Below, one piece after another: positions 47,083 through 57,100 of a stretch of DNA of 64,000 nucleotides (positions within the stretch are counted from its first letter, which is position 1; every line of letters begins with the position of its first letter). The stretch is from positions 1,504,001 through 1,568,000 of the forward strand of contig JBPOGI010000001.1 in the NCBI GenBank assembly GCA_051251855.1, given 5' to 3'. The position numbers were made by a program, and so were the translations under genes. Source of the DNA: Roseibacillus sp. (lineage in GTDB: Bacteria > Verrucomicrobiota > Verrucomicrobiia > Verrucomicrobiales > Akkermansiaceae). The notes beneath the pieces are model-generated. The model was not told where the DNA came from. It searched no databases and saw only the letters and a program-made list of their open reading frames with translations.

Positions 47083-47793
47083 ATGAAAGCCACTTGTTTG
47101 CCACTAGCAGCAGCTCTTTTCTCCATTTCACCCTCCATTCAAGGTGCGGTCATTTACTCCGAAAATGCCGATGGTTTAACCGCGGGGAGCAGCACATTGG
47201 GTGATTCCTCCGCCGATTGGGGTGCTCCCGCCGGGGACTACGGAGTGGTCGCAGGCGGCTCGGTCTTTGCAACCAATCACTTTACTATCTCTGCTCCTGA
47301 CGCGAACTTCAACTTCGCGAACTGGGTTGACGGGGTCACCACCCGTTCCCTCGTAACGGTTTCACTCGATGTGGCCGACACTGGTGGCGGCGGCACGAAT
47401 GCTGATGCAGGACTTCGTCTTGCTCATCGCCGAAGCACGGGAAGTGCGTTTGCCACCATTATTTCCACCGCTCTCACAGACAACACCATTTTCCATTACG
47501 ATTTCATTATCAATACTGGAGCCTCCGCTGCTCTCTACGAGGACGGGGTCACTTCAATTGCGGCAAATACCATCGAGGTTTGGATTGATGGAGTCCTGGC
47601 CTCCAGTGGCACAGCGGGTGGTTCTGGAGACACGATCGGTGTTGGCCTCTGGTCCCGTCGTCCCGACAATGCCATCCTAGGAGACAATATCGTGATTCGC
47701 GACACCGCCTTCTTCGCTCCAGTTCCAGAGCCAAGCAGCTTTGCTCTACTGGGTCTTGGTGGCCTTGGCCTCCTTGTGAGACGCCGCCGATAG
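47083..47793 (+). CDS. PEP-CTERM surface protein
   Basis: Signal peptide; C-terminus VPEPSSFALLGLGGLGLLVRRRR. Confidence 0.93.
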   Translation: MKATCLPLAAALFSISPSIQGAVIYSENADGLTAGSSTLGDSSADWGAPAGDYGVVAGGSVFATNHFTISAPDANFNFANWVDGVTTRSLVTVSLDVADTGGGGTNADAGLRLAHRRSTGSAFATIISTALTDNTIFHYDFIINTGASAALYEDGVTSIAANTIEVWIDGVLASSGTAGGSGDTIGVGLWSRRPDNAILGDNIVIRDTAFFAPVPEPSSFALLGLGGLGLLVRRRR

Positions 47794-47824
47794 GGTCTCG
47801 ACGAGACACGAACGTCTCACGACA

Positions 47825-49711
47825 TTAGAACTTTCCGGCTGTATAGGCTTTGTTGAGATCACTGATGGTGAGCGGTAACACTTCACCATTGCTCCACCTC
47901 ACAGACGCGCTTTCGACTCCCTCCAACTGACCCAATCCGATGTGAAGGTGGTTGTTGAGACTGTGGGAAAATCCGCCGTAAGACGAACCAACGGTTCTTC
48001 TCATTGTGTGCTCCCCTGCCTTTAGGCTCAAAACCGCACCTTGGGCCGTGGCTTTTCCGGTGGGTGAGCTTCCTACTTTGATGGTGAGGTAATTCCCCTG
48101 TTCCGCTCCCAGCGAGTTGTTGGTGAAAAGGTGCCATCGCCCCCGCTCATTGCAAAAAATGAGGTCGAGGTCTCCGTCTTCATCATAGTCCAGAGCTTCA
48201 GCTCCGCTCCCCACTGAGCCCAACTCCTGTGAAATAATGCCATGATTCTCTATGCGGGTGAACTTGCCACCCTCATTGAGGAGAAGGATTTGCTCGCTTG
48301 CTGAGGCAGAATTGCCGTAGCAAACCACGAACAAATCCAACCAACCATTGTTGTCGAAGTCACCTACGGCTGACCCCGTGGTCTGCTCCGCAACCCCTAT
48401 TCCTGCCGCCTCCGTTACATCATGAAACCTTCCCTCCCGATTCTCGAAGAGCCGGGACGGCATGGCCTTGAGTATACTGGCAGCGGGTAACTCCTTCATA
48501 TTATGGATCACTCCTGCCGTTGGCGACTTGGACTCCCCTCCAACTCGCCAAGTTTCCTCACCCAGAAATCCAATGTAGAGCCCGTTGGCATCAATGTTCT
48601 CAGGCCAACCCTCGGCTTCTGCAGGGGTCAAGGTGAAGTCCTTGTGCCCATGGCGCTCGACCTCGAACTCTAACAAGCGTTTGTCCCTTCCCACAAAAAC
48701 ATCGAAGTCAGGGTAAGCCATCTGAAGGTTCTCGAACTGAAAGTCCCCCTCAACTTTCAGATTATCATAGAGGAACCTCTGCCGACGGGCAAAAAATGCG
48801 AAACGACTTGCCTCTTCATCGACAAAGGTCTTCTCAGCAAACGGGTGATCGGCCCGAGTGACGAACAAATCTTCGTCGCCATCATTGTCAAAATCGATTT
48901 CCACCACGCTGGTGGCAAAAGTGGTCTTGCTCAGTTCGCCCAGCACTTTTCCGGTCACATTCTGAAAGCTCATTCCCTCTCCGCCTTCCGCGATCACAAT
49001 GTTTTTGCCGCCAAAGAAGAGCACATCAGGGTCACCGTCCTTGTTATAATCCGTCACCTGTGAGCGAAAGCCCATCCATTGCGCGAAGGGAAGGCGCGAA
49101 TGATATTCAAAGTTCCCCGCGCCCTTGTTTGCAAAGAGTAAGTTAGCTCCTTCCTTCTGCTGAGCGGGCAGCGGAAAACCAGTAAGCACTAGGTCCAGGA
49201 GACCATCTTGATCGGCGTCAATCATCTTGGTCGCCCGCCCCCGAGCACGCTCAAAGTCTTCAAACACCACCTTGGGACCAAAAGTCCGATCCTTGTTCAC
49301 CTCGAACATGATGGGGTTCTTGGGATTCGCGCCATCGCCACCGCCGGGATAGAAAATGAGCTCTATCTTGCCATCCAAATCGTAGTCCGCTGCCACTACC
49401 CCGTGAGTATCCCCTCCCACGATTTTTTGCGGTTCAGAAAAAGTGCCCCCTTCATTCCAATGCACACAAGCACGGAAAGCATGATCCGTGGTGACAATAT
49501 CGAGATGCCCGTCCTGATCGAGATCCACAATGAGAGGGCTGTCCCACTTCCGTCGCGAACGCTCTTCAAAAGGAATGACGCCTGCTTTTTCAGAGAAAAA
49601 AGGAGTCGAAGTCTTCTCCGATTTTTCTTCTTTGGCAAAAATTGTGAAGAAGGTGGCAGCACACATAGTAGTGAGGACAAGAGTCCAGGTGGTAGAGGGA
49701 GAAATCTTCAT
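47825..49711 (-). CDS. FG-GAP/VCBS repeat protein with ASPIC/UnbV domain (CRTAC1-like), copy 1
   Basis: Repeated DxDxDGxxD loops and C-terminal LHIGLG...VRWSNG. ATG 49711 gives a signal or anchor segment. Confidence 0.85.
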   Translation of the reverse strand: MKISPSTTWTLVLTTMCAATFFTIFAKEEKSEKTSTPFFSEKAGVIPFEERSRRKWDSPLIVDLDQDGHLDIVTTDHAFRACVHWNEGGTFSEPQKIVGGDTHGVVAADYDLDGKIELIFYPGGGDGANPKNPIMFEVNKDRTFGPKVVFEDFERARGRATKMIDADQDGLLDLVLTGFPLPAQQKEGANLLFANKGAGNFEYHSRLPFAQWMGFRSQVTDYNKDGDPDVLFFGGKNIVIAEGGEGMSFQNVTGKVLGELSKTTFATSVVEIDFDNDGDEDLFVTRADHPFAEKTFVDEEASRFAFFARRQRFLYDNLKVEGDFQFENLQMAYPDFDVFVGRDKRLLEFEVERHGHKDFTLTPAEAEGWPENIDANGLYIGFLGEETWRVGGESKSPTAGVIHNMKELPAASILKAMPSRLFENREGRFHDVTEAAGIGVAEQTTGSAVGDFDNNGWLDLFVVCYGNSASASEQILLLNEGGKFTRIENHGIISQELGSVGSGAEALDYDEDGDLDLIFCNERGRWHLFTNNSLGAEQGNYLTIKVGSSPTGKATAQGAVLSLKAGEHTMRRTVGSSYGGFSHSLNNHLHIGLGQLEGVESASVRWSNGEVLPLTISDLNKAYTAGKF

Positions 49712-49857
49712 TTGTTTGTGGCTAAAACCCCTCAGCACCCTTCGCAAGGAGAAAGAAGCCTCGACGCCTCCCAGAGACAAATCGACAATGCAAAACGCAG
49801 GAATCGCAATCACTTGCAGAAGTGAGCGGCGTATCGTGTCCCATCTCGATTCATCTC

Positions 49858-51507
49858 ATGCACCGAAAACCACTCCTTTCCCTCAGCCTGCGCCTTTTGG
49901 TTGCACTGACTTTCGCCACTCTTCCCGTTTCGACCTTGCAAGCAGATGATTCTAACCGACCCAATATTCTCTTCATCGCGGTAGATGACCTTCGCCCCGA
50001 ACTCGGATGCTATGGTTCCGAGATTGCGATTACCCCAAACATCGACAAGCTGGCGCAGAACGGAGTCCTTTTCGAAAGAGCCTATTGCCAACAGCCGATT
50101 TGCGCCCCCTCCCGCGCCAGTCTCATGTGCGGCGCGCGCACCGACACTCTCAAGCTTGCCAAGAACGCGGATTACTTTCGCGACCTCAATCCCGAAGTCG
50201 TTACTCTTTCACAGCACTTGATCGCCAATGGCTACGACGCCGTGCAAGTCGGTAAAATTTACCACAACGACGCCCACTCCGATAACGAGAAGTCGTGGAA
50301 CCGCCAGCCTGCCAAAATAACTTTACCCAAAGCAGTCACATACGCCCTCCCCGAGAACCGTGCTATTCAGGCCAAGAACAAAGAAATTCTGGAAGCGAAA
50401 TATGGCGTCGGGATTGGTCGCACTGGGCTTGTACAAGGCCCAGCCTACGAGATGGCCGACGTGCCCGATACCACTTACCGCGACGGCCGCAATGCCCAAG
50501 TTGCCATTGAGACTCTCAAGGAACTTAAGGAGGACGGCAAACCCTTCTTCCTTGGCATGGGCTTCTACAAACCCCACCTCGACTTCATTGCTCCAAAAAA
50601 ATACTGGGACCTCTACGATCCGGCGAAAATCCCCGCCGCACCCAATCCCGTGCCACCCGAAGGTTCTGCTGCAATGGGGCTCCACGCTTCCTTCGAATTG
50701 CGGGTGCGAGACGGCATCCCCAAGAAGGGCAACATCGGTCCCGAGCTTGCGACCACCCTCAAGCACGCCTACCTCGCCTGCGCCAGCTACATCGACGCCC
50801 AAATCGGAATGGTGATGAACGCTCTCGACGAGTCGGGATTGCGCGACAACACCATCGTCGTGTTCTGGGGTGACCACGGCTGGCATCTCGGCGAAATGGG
50901 TATCTGGGGCAAAGCGACCAACTACGAGATTTCGGCTCGCGTCCCCCTCATCATCTCCCTTCCCGACAAGTTCAAAGGAGCGAAAGGCAAGAACACGGAT
51001 GCCCTCACCGAGCTCGTCGACCTCTACCCTACCCTCTGCGACTTCGCCGAAATCGAGACCCCCGCGCACGTGGAAGGCACCAGCCTCAAGCCCGTCCTGC
51101 TCGACCCCACCCATCCTTGGAAGAAAGCGGCCTTCACTCAATTCCCCAACCCTGCACTGCGCGAGTGGGCAGCAGCACCGCTCTCTCCTGGAATGCGCGA
51201 GACCTTCTTCGGTCCTCTCATCGAAGAAGTGGAGGCCAAAATTACTGCGCAGCAAGGTGAAAACTGGGACCGCGAACTCTATGAGAACCATCTCATGGGC
51301 TACTCCATGCGCACCGACCAACATCGGCTGGTGCTTTGGCAAGACATGCGCAAACCCGAATCCGACCCTGTCTTCGTCGAACTTTATCACTACGCCGATT
51401 CCACCCACGAAACCAAAAACATCGCGGACGAAAACCCTGAACTTGTAGCCAAGCTTCTCAAGCAATTCCGTTCCGGCTGGAAAGGTTCTCTTCCTTCAAA
51501 AAAATAA
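49858..51507 (+). CDS. S1 sulfatase (iduronate-2-sulfatase-like, S1_7-like)
   Basis: PNILFIAVDDLRP, CAPSR, GKIYH, GFYKPH, GDHGWHLGE. Confidence 0.94.
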   Translation: MHRKPLLSLSLRLLVALTFATLPVSTLQADDSNRPNILFIAVDDLRPELGCYGSEIAITPNIDKLAQNGVLFERAYCQQPICAPSRASLMCGARTDTLKLAKNADYFRDLNPEVVTLSQHLIANGYDAVQVGKIYHNDAHSDNEKSWNRQPAKITLPKAVTYALPENRAIQAKNKEILEAKYGVGIGRTGLVQGPAYEMADVPDTTYRDGRNAQVAIETLKELKEDGKPFFLGMGFYKPHLDFIAPKKYWDLYDPAKIPAAPNPVPPEGSAAMGLHASFELRVRDGIPKKGNIGPELATTLKHAYLACASYIDAQIGMVMNALDESGLRDNTIVVFWGDHGWHLGEMGIWGKATNYEISARVPLIISLPDKFKGAKGKNTDALTELVDLYPTLCDFAEIETPAHVEGTSLKPVLLDPTHPWKKAAFTQFPNPALREWAAAPLSPGMRETFFGPLIEEVEAKITAQQGENWDRELYENHLMGYSMRTDQHRLVLWQDMRKPESDPVFVELYHYADSTHETKNIADENPELVAKLLKQFRSGWKGSLPSKK

Positions 51508-51528
51508 CTATCTCGACCACCAATTTTC

Positions 51529-53022
51529 ATGAAAATCAATCTCAGCTCCAGAATCTCCCTCGTCAGCGGGCTCCTTCTTTCTTTTATTCACCTTGCGCAG
51601 GCCGAAGCTCCCCGCCCGAACATCATCGTCATCATGTGCGACGATCTGGGCTATGCCGACGTGGGATTCAATGGCTCACAGGACATCCGCACCCCCCATC
51701 TCGATGCTCTCGCCAAGGATGGAGTGGTCTGCACCTCGGGCTACGTGGCCCATCCCTTCTGCGGCCCCAGCCGGATGGCAATGATGACCGGTCGCTACCC
51801 CCACACCTTTGGAGGCCCATTCAACCTTCCTGCTGCCAGCGCCGGCATTGAAAAATACAACAGCCAGGGCATCGACCCGAAACAGAAACTGATGAGCACT
51901 GTTCTGCAAGAGAGCGGCTACCACACTGGAATCATTGGCAAGTGGCACCTCGGAATCACCGCAGAGCACCATCCCAACGCCCGAGGCTTTGATGACTTCT
52001 ACGGTTTTCTCGCGGGCGGCCATGACTACTTCCCGGAGAAATTTCAGCCCAAGTACGAAGCCGCAGTGGCTCGGGGAGCTAAGAACATTTGGGACTACAT
52101 CCTTCCTCTCGAACACAATGGTAAAGACGTGAAGGAGACGGAATATCTCACCGACGGACTTTCCCGCGAAGCTTGTCGTTTCATCGAAGACTCAAAGAAG
52201 GCCGAGAAACCCTTCTTTCTCTTCCTCTCCTACAACGCTCCGCACACCCCAATGGAGGCAAAAGAGGAGGACATGGCCGAATTTGTTGAAATCGAAAACA
52301 AGCAGCGACGCATCGTGGCCGGAATGGTCTATGCCGTTGACCGCGGAGTCGGCAAAGTGGTCGAGACTCTCCAGAAAACCGAGACCGCCGAAAACACCCT
52401 TATCGTTTTCCTCAGCGACAACGGCGGACGCACCGATCAGGGCAACCTCAACACTCCCCTACGGGGTTCCAAAGGCGACACTTGGGAAGGCGGCATACGG
52501 GTTCCGATGCTCTTCCACTGGCCTGCAGTGATCAAGAAAGGCCGCACTCATCAACATCCGGTGAGCACCATTGACTTCTACCCCACTTTTGCTGCTTTGG
52601 CTGGTGCAAAGATTCCCGAAGGAAAAAAGCTTGATGGCAAAAACCTGACTCAGTCCATCCAGTCCGGTGTATGCGCTCGCCCGGGAGAAATGCTCTACAC
52701 CATCCGCCACCGCATGTCCAAAAACGACACCCCGCATCATCAGGTTGGCGGTCGTCGCGACCAGTGGAAGATCTATCGCGGCATGCGTGACTGGCAGCTC
52801 TTTGACGCCAATTCCGACCCCGGCGAAACCAGCAACCTCGCTGCCAAGCATCCTGAGATTTTGAAGGAGATGGTCTCCGAGATGGCCGATTGGGCCAAAA
52901 CTCACACTCAACCCCTCTGGTTTGACGATCTCGCACAAGAGAAGCGTTGGCTCGAAGGTAAACTCCCCTACTACGAAGAAACCTTCTCCTTCACCCCCCT
53001 TCCTTTTCTGCAAAAGAAGTAG
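51529..53022 (+). CDS. S1 sulfatase
   Basis: PNIIVIMCDDLG, FCGPSR, GKWHLG, YNAPHTP, SDNGG. Confidence 0.95.
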   Translation: MKINLSSRISLVSGLLLSFIHLAQAEAPRPNIIVIMCDDLGYADVGFNGSQDIRTPHLDALAKDGVVCTSGYVAHPFCGPSRMAMMTGRYPHTFGGPFNLPAASAGIEKYNSQGIDPKQKLMSTVLQESGYHTGIIGKWHLGITAEHHPNARGFDDFYGFLAGGHDYFPEKFQPKYEAAVARGAKNIWDYILPLEHNGKDVKETEYLTDGLSREACRFIEDSKKAEKPFFLFLSYNAPHTPMEAKEEDMAEFVEIENKQRRIVAGMVYAVDRGVGKVVETLQKTETAENTLIVFLSDNGGRTDQGNLNTPLRGSKGDTWEGGIRVPMLFHWPAVIKKGRTHQHPVSTIDFYPTFAALAGAKIPEGKKLDGKNLTQSIQSGVCARPGEMLYTIRHRMSKNDTPHHQVGGRRDQWKIYRGMRDWQLFDANSDPGETSNLAAKHPEILKEMVSEMADWAKTHTQPLWFDDLAQEKRWLEGKLPYYEETFSFTPLPFLQKK

Positions 53023-53033
53023 TATTCAGGTTT

Positions 53034-53102
53034 GGTAGGGACGTCTCACCGAGGCGTCTGCGATTGGAACCTTTGCGGATGCCTCGGCGAGGCATCCCTA
53101 CC
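53034..53102. repeat. GTAG-type REP doublet (REPIN-like palindrome)
   Basis: GGTAGGGACGTCTCACCGAGGCGTCTGC (53034-53061) and inverted GCGGATGCCTCGGCGAGGCATCCCTACC (53075-53102). 23/28 match, and all differences are transitions. Confidence 0.7.
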
Positions 53103-53213
53103 CTCTCCCACATCATCTCCTTAAAATCCGCACTATTTTTTGAATCATGCTCGGCTTGCCGAGACGACACGCGGGATTAGCTTATTAGCAATACGGCAGT
53201 AAAACGAGCATCC

Positions 53214-56200
53214 ATGAATTCCTCAAAACTATCCCTCCCACTTCTAGCTTTTCTGAGCCTGGCCAAAATCGCTACCGCCGAAATCGTCTATGAAGACGAC
53301 TTCACGGGTGCCGCACTCTCTTCGGATTGGAACATCACCATCGGAACTCCGGTCACTTTGGATGATCCCAATGACCAAGCAGACTACGACCATGTCGCAG
53401 GCACTTCCCGGCGCTTCCTCAACTACAACGATCTCCTTGTCAGCAAGACCGGCTACTTCAAGGCTGAGATTTCCAACCTCGTAGGTGCTTCGGTTTGGAT
53501 CGGATTCGTCAACAATTCCCATGGCAACAACGCCAACTACGCACAGACTCTGGTCAACGCGAACGGAACCTATGAAATGTTTTTCAACAACACCACCGGC
53601 TCACTTCCCTTCGACAACGGAGCAGGATGGACGGGCACTCTGGCAGCCGGCGCCGGAACTTGGACCACCGACGGCGGAACCACTGAAGCAGCATTGATTG
53701 TCGGTGGCAGCTTCCCCAACGACAGCAACATCTTCGGTTTCGGTTTTGCCAACTTCGGGAACGGCGGCGTTTTCCCCTCTTCCTCTTTCAGCATCGACTC
53801 CGTCAACGCTGGGGATTCCCTCACCGTGGTGCCCAGCGGCAACACCGCTCCCACAGTCAATGTCACCGCGCCCGCCGATTCTACCACGGTCGCGATTGGA
53901 AGCACCGTCAACTTCACCGCCACCGCAAACGATACCGATGATGGCGACCTCGGTGCCAGCGTGACTTGGACCTCAGATCTCGACGGTAACTTGGGAACGG
54001 GAGCGAGCATCAGTGCCAGCTCACTCTCTCTAGGAACCCACACCATCACCGCCAGCGTGACCGACAGCGGCTCTCTTTCGGGCGACGACTCCATCACCAT
54101 CACGGTCAACGACCCCTCTAACACCCCTCCCACCGTCACCATCACAAGTCCAACCACCGGGACCGAGATTGACACTGGAACTCTTCTCAGTTTCTCCGGA
54201 ACCGCGAGCGATGTTCAAGATGGCAACCTTACCGCCAGTCTTTCGTGGACTTCCAGCATTGATGGCAATATTGGAACCGGAGCAAGCTTCAGCACTTCCG
54301 CCCTCTCCACCGGCACCCATCTCATCACCGCTTCTACAGTTGATAGCGGCACCCTTGCTGGTGACGACTCCATTACAATCGTCGTCAGCTTCAATGGAGC
54401 AACACGCCCCAACATCATCGTCATCATCTGCGACGATGCCGGTTATGCCGACTTTGAATTCATGAACGGACTCAGCGGCGAAACATCCGAGGTTCCCACT
54501 CCTCACCTCAATGCTCTCGCCGACCGCGGAGTGACTTTCTCCCGCGCCTACGTGGCCGCCAACTGCCAGCCCACCCGAGCCGCAATGGTCACCGGAGCCT
54601 ACCAAGCACGGATCGGTAACGAAAACGTCGGAAACAACAACTTTCTCTCCAACCAAATTTTCGAAGGAGTTCCTGTGGAAACAGACACCGTCTGGGACCG
54701 CATGAAAGCCCTCGGCTATTCCACCGGAGCAATTGGCAAGTGGCACCTCGGCTCCATCGCCGACACCCCCACCCAACTCGGCAATCGCCCCGAGAATCAG
54801 GGCATCGACGAGTTCTATGGCTTCTGGCACGGATCCAGGAACTTCTTAGCGGGAAGTTACAACGAGCAAAGCGACCCCACCAACCCGCTGCAACTGCGCT
54901 ACATTCGCGAAGCCATTGTCCATCCCGATGGCAGCAAGACCGACACTGTCGTTGAGTATTCCAAATACGCGGATGTCCCCAGCGCACCGCAATACATCAC
55001 CAACATTCTCGGTGACTACGCCGAACAATTTGTCGCTGACCACCACGCCGACCCCGATCCTTTTTTCCTCTACGTCGCTCACCCCGCTCCCCACAAGCCC
55101 TGGACCAATGAGTCTCCGGACTACAACGATCCTCGCATCACATCATTGGCTCCTGTGGAACGACGCCAAGTGGCTTCCATGATGATCACCATGGACAAGG
55201 AAATTGGCGATTTGATGGACCAGTTGGAAGACCCTAACGAAGACGGTGACACTTCCGACAGCATCGTGGACAACACCCTTGTCATCTTCATCAACGACAA
55301 CGGCGGCGTCTCGGGCGGCGGCACCGACAACGGCATTCTCAATGGCGTCAAAGGCTCTCCCCACGACGGCGGAATCTGCGTCCCCATGATTATGGCCGGC
55401 GCCGGAATCGATCCCAGTCTCATTGACACTGTCTTTGATAAGCCCGTCCATGGCATCGACATCCTCCCCACTTCTGTCGCTCTCGGTGGCGGCACCATCG
55501 ACCCCGTCGCCGACAAGGTGGACGGCGTCAATCTCATCCCCTTTATCAACGGCGAGAACACCAACGACCCGCACGACGTGCTCGTCCACCGCTGGCGCGG
55601 AACCTTCTCAGTCATCGATGGCGACTGGAAGTTAGTCAACACCCACAATACTGATGCCGGCCCCGACCGCTATCGTCTCTACAACCTCGCGACCGACCGA
55701 GGCGAAACCAACAGCATTATTTCCGACCCCACCCATGCCAACCGCGTGGAAGCAATGAAGCGTGATCTCACCGACCATGAAGCCACTTGGGACAAACCAA
55801 GATACCCCATCCTCGCCCGCACCCTCGAAACCGAGCCCCTCAATATCTTCGACCACTTCGTTTTCCGCCCGGGCCTGAGCACTGAGTGGGATGGCGGCGC
55901 TGCCTATTCGGGCTCGACCTACACTGGCGGCGTCGACAACTGGTTCCGAGCCGGCACCACCGAAGCCCACCAAATGTATTGGTCGGACTCCTTCACTGGA
56001 GCAGTCCTCGAGTTTCCTGTTCACAATGCCGACTACACCGCCAATAACGACATGCGGCGCAAAACTGGAATGGAGTTCATGCTCAACAAAATCATTCTCA
56101 GCGGCGATTTTTCGGAATCCACCGACCACACTGCCACCATGGGAGGAAACGACATCCTCTTCACCAACACTCTCGCGGGTGTGGCCCCCGAGATTTCTAA

Positions 56201-56999
56201 CGAAACTCTCCAAAGCGGAACCAATCAGTTCACCTACGACCTCGACCTCAACATCCAGATGTATCACGACCTCACTCTCTCCGGTGATGGCCCTGCCCAA
56301 GTCAACCTCAACGGCGAACTCACCCAACACTTCGCTGACCGAGGCTTGAAGAAAACCGGAACCAGCTCCGCCGCGGTCACCGGCACCCGCACCTACGCCG
56401 GAGACACCACCGTCGAAGGCGGAACCCTAAGCTTCGGTCAAGCCAACCCCAACGACGAAGCAGCCACCGTCACCATTGCGCAGGCAGGAGCTACCTTGGA
56501 ACTCCTGTTCTCCGGCACCGACACCGTGGACAAACTCTTCATCGGAGGCGTGCAGCAACCTGCAGGGGTCTATGAAGCAGTAGGCAATCCCGGTTCTGGC
56601 ATTGAAATCCCCCAAATCACCGGCTCCGGAACCTTGACCGTCGTCGACTCTCCGGAGGGTTACTCGCAGTGGGCCGGTGAAAATGCTCCCGGCCAAGCCA
56701 TCACCGAAGATCACGACAATGATGGCACTCCCAACGGCATCGAATACTTCATGGGAGAATCAGGCTCCTCCTTCACTCCAAATGCAACCTTGGATGCGAG
56801 TCTGGTCATTTCCTGGCCCATGGGAACCAACTACTTGGGAGACTATTCCAATGACTACTATGTCGAAACCTCTCCCAACCTGATTGATTGGACACCGGTA
56901 TCCAATCTCGACGTCACTATCAATCCCGGCCTCTCTGTCAGCTATTCCTTGCCTTCTAGTTTAGATACTCTCTTTGCGAGACTAGCAGTCATTCGCTAG
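53214..56999 (+). CDS. Large modular extracellular sulfatase
   Basis: Signal peptide, N-terminal beta domain and two Ig-like repeats. Then an S1 domain (PNIIVIICDDAG, CQPTR, GKWHLG), an autotransporter-associated beta-strand repeat (GLKKTGTS...TYAGDTTVEGGTL) and a C-terminal DHDNDG...LFARL domain. Confidence 0.9.
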   Translation: MNSSKLSLPLLAFLSLAKIATAEIVYEDDFTGAALSSDWNITIGTPVTLDDPNDQADYDHVAGTSRRFLNYNDLLVSKTGYFKAEISNLVGASVWIGFVNNSHGNNANYAQTLVNANGTYEMFFNNTTGSLPFDNGAGWTGTLAAGAGTWTTDGGTTEAALIVGGSFPNDSNIFGFGFANFGNGGVFPSSSFSIDSVNAGDSLTVVPSGNTAPTVNVTAPADSTTVAIGSTVNFTATANDTDDGDLGASVTWTSDLDGNLGTGASISASSLSLGTHTITASVTDSGSLSGDDSITITVNDPSNTPPTVTITSPTTGTEIDTGTLLSFSGTASDVQDGNLTASLSWTSSIDGNIGTGASFSTSALSTGTHLITASTVDSGTLAGDDSITIVVSFNGATRPNIIVIICDDAGYADFEFMNGLSGETSEVPTPHLNALADRGVTFSRAYVAANCQPTRAAMVTGAYQARIGNENVGNNNFLSNQIFEGVPVETDTVWDRMKALGYSTGAIGKWHLGSIADTPTQLGNRPENQGIDEFYGFWHGSRNFLAGSYNEQSDPTNPLQLRYIREAIVHPDGSKTDTVVEYSKYADVPSAPQYITNILGDYAEQFVADHHADPDPFFLYVAHPAPHKPWTNESPDYNDPRITSLAPVERRQVASMMITMDKEIGDLMDQLEDPNEDGDTSDSIVDNTLVIFINDNGGVSGGGTDNGILNGVKGSPHDGGICVPMIMAGAGIDPSLIDTVFDKPVHGIDILPTSVALGGGTIDPVADKVDGVNLIPFINGENTNDPHDVLVHRWRGTFSVIDGDWKLVNTHNTDAGPDRYRLYNLATDRGETNSIISDPTHANRVEAMKRDLTDHEATWDKPRYPILARTLETEPLNIFDHFVFRPGLSTEWDGGAAYSGSTYTGGVDNWFRAGTTEAHQMYWSDSFTGAVLEFPVHNADYTANNDMRRKTGMEFMLNKIILSGDFSESTDHTATMGGNDILFTNTLAGVAPEISNETLQSGTNQFTYDLDLNIQMYHDLTLSGDGPAQVNLNGELTQHFADRGLKKTGTSSAAVTGTRTYAGDTTVEGGTLSFGQANPNDEAATVTIAQAGATLELLFSGTDTVDKLFIGGVQQPAGVYEAVGNPGSGIEIPQITGSGTLTVVDSPEGYSQWAGENAPGQAITEDHDNDGTPNGIEYFMGESGSSFTPNATLDASLVISWPMGTNYLGDYSNDYYVETSPNLIDWTPVSNLDVTINPGLSVSYSLPSSLDTLFARLAVIR
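53841..54386 (+). repeat. Tandem Ig-like domain duplication (279-nt period)
   Basis: NTxPTV...WTSxxDGNxGTGAS...GTHxITAS..DSG...GDDSITI starting at 53841 and 54120. Confidence 0.85.
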
Positions 57000-57100
57000 C
57001 GCTCGGCTTGCGAACGTTAGATATGAAGCTGGCAGGCAGTGTTAATTATGCGTCCTGACACTGCATCGCAACAACTTGAGGCGCTCCGACCAAAGCCATT

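Noticed and set aside
50323..51465. Long antisense ORFs (this 380-aa one, and 400..1326, 36738..37700, 58586..59836 and others)
   Set aside because: They lie opposite well-supported genes and are expected from biased codon usage.
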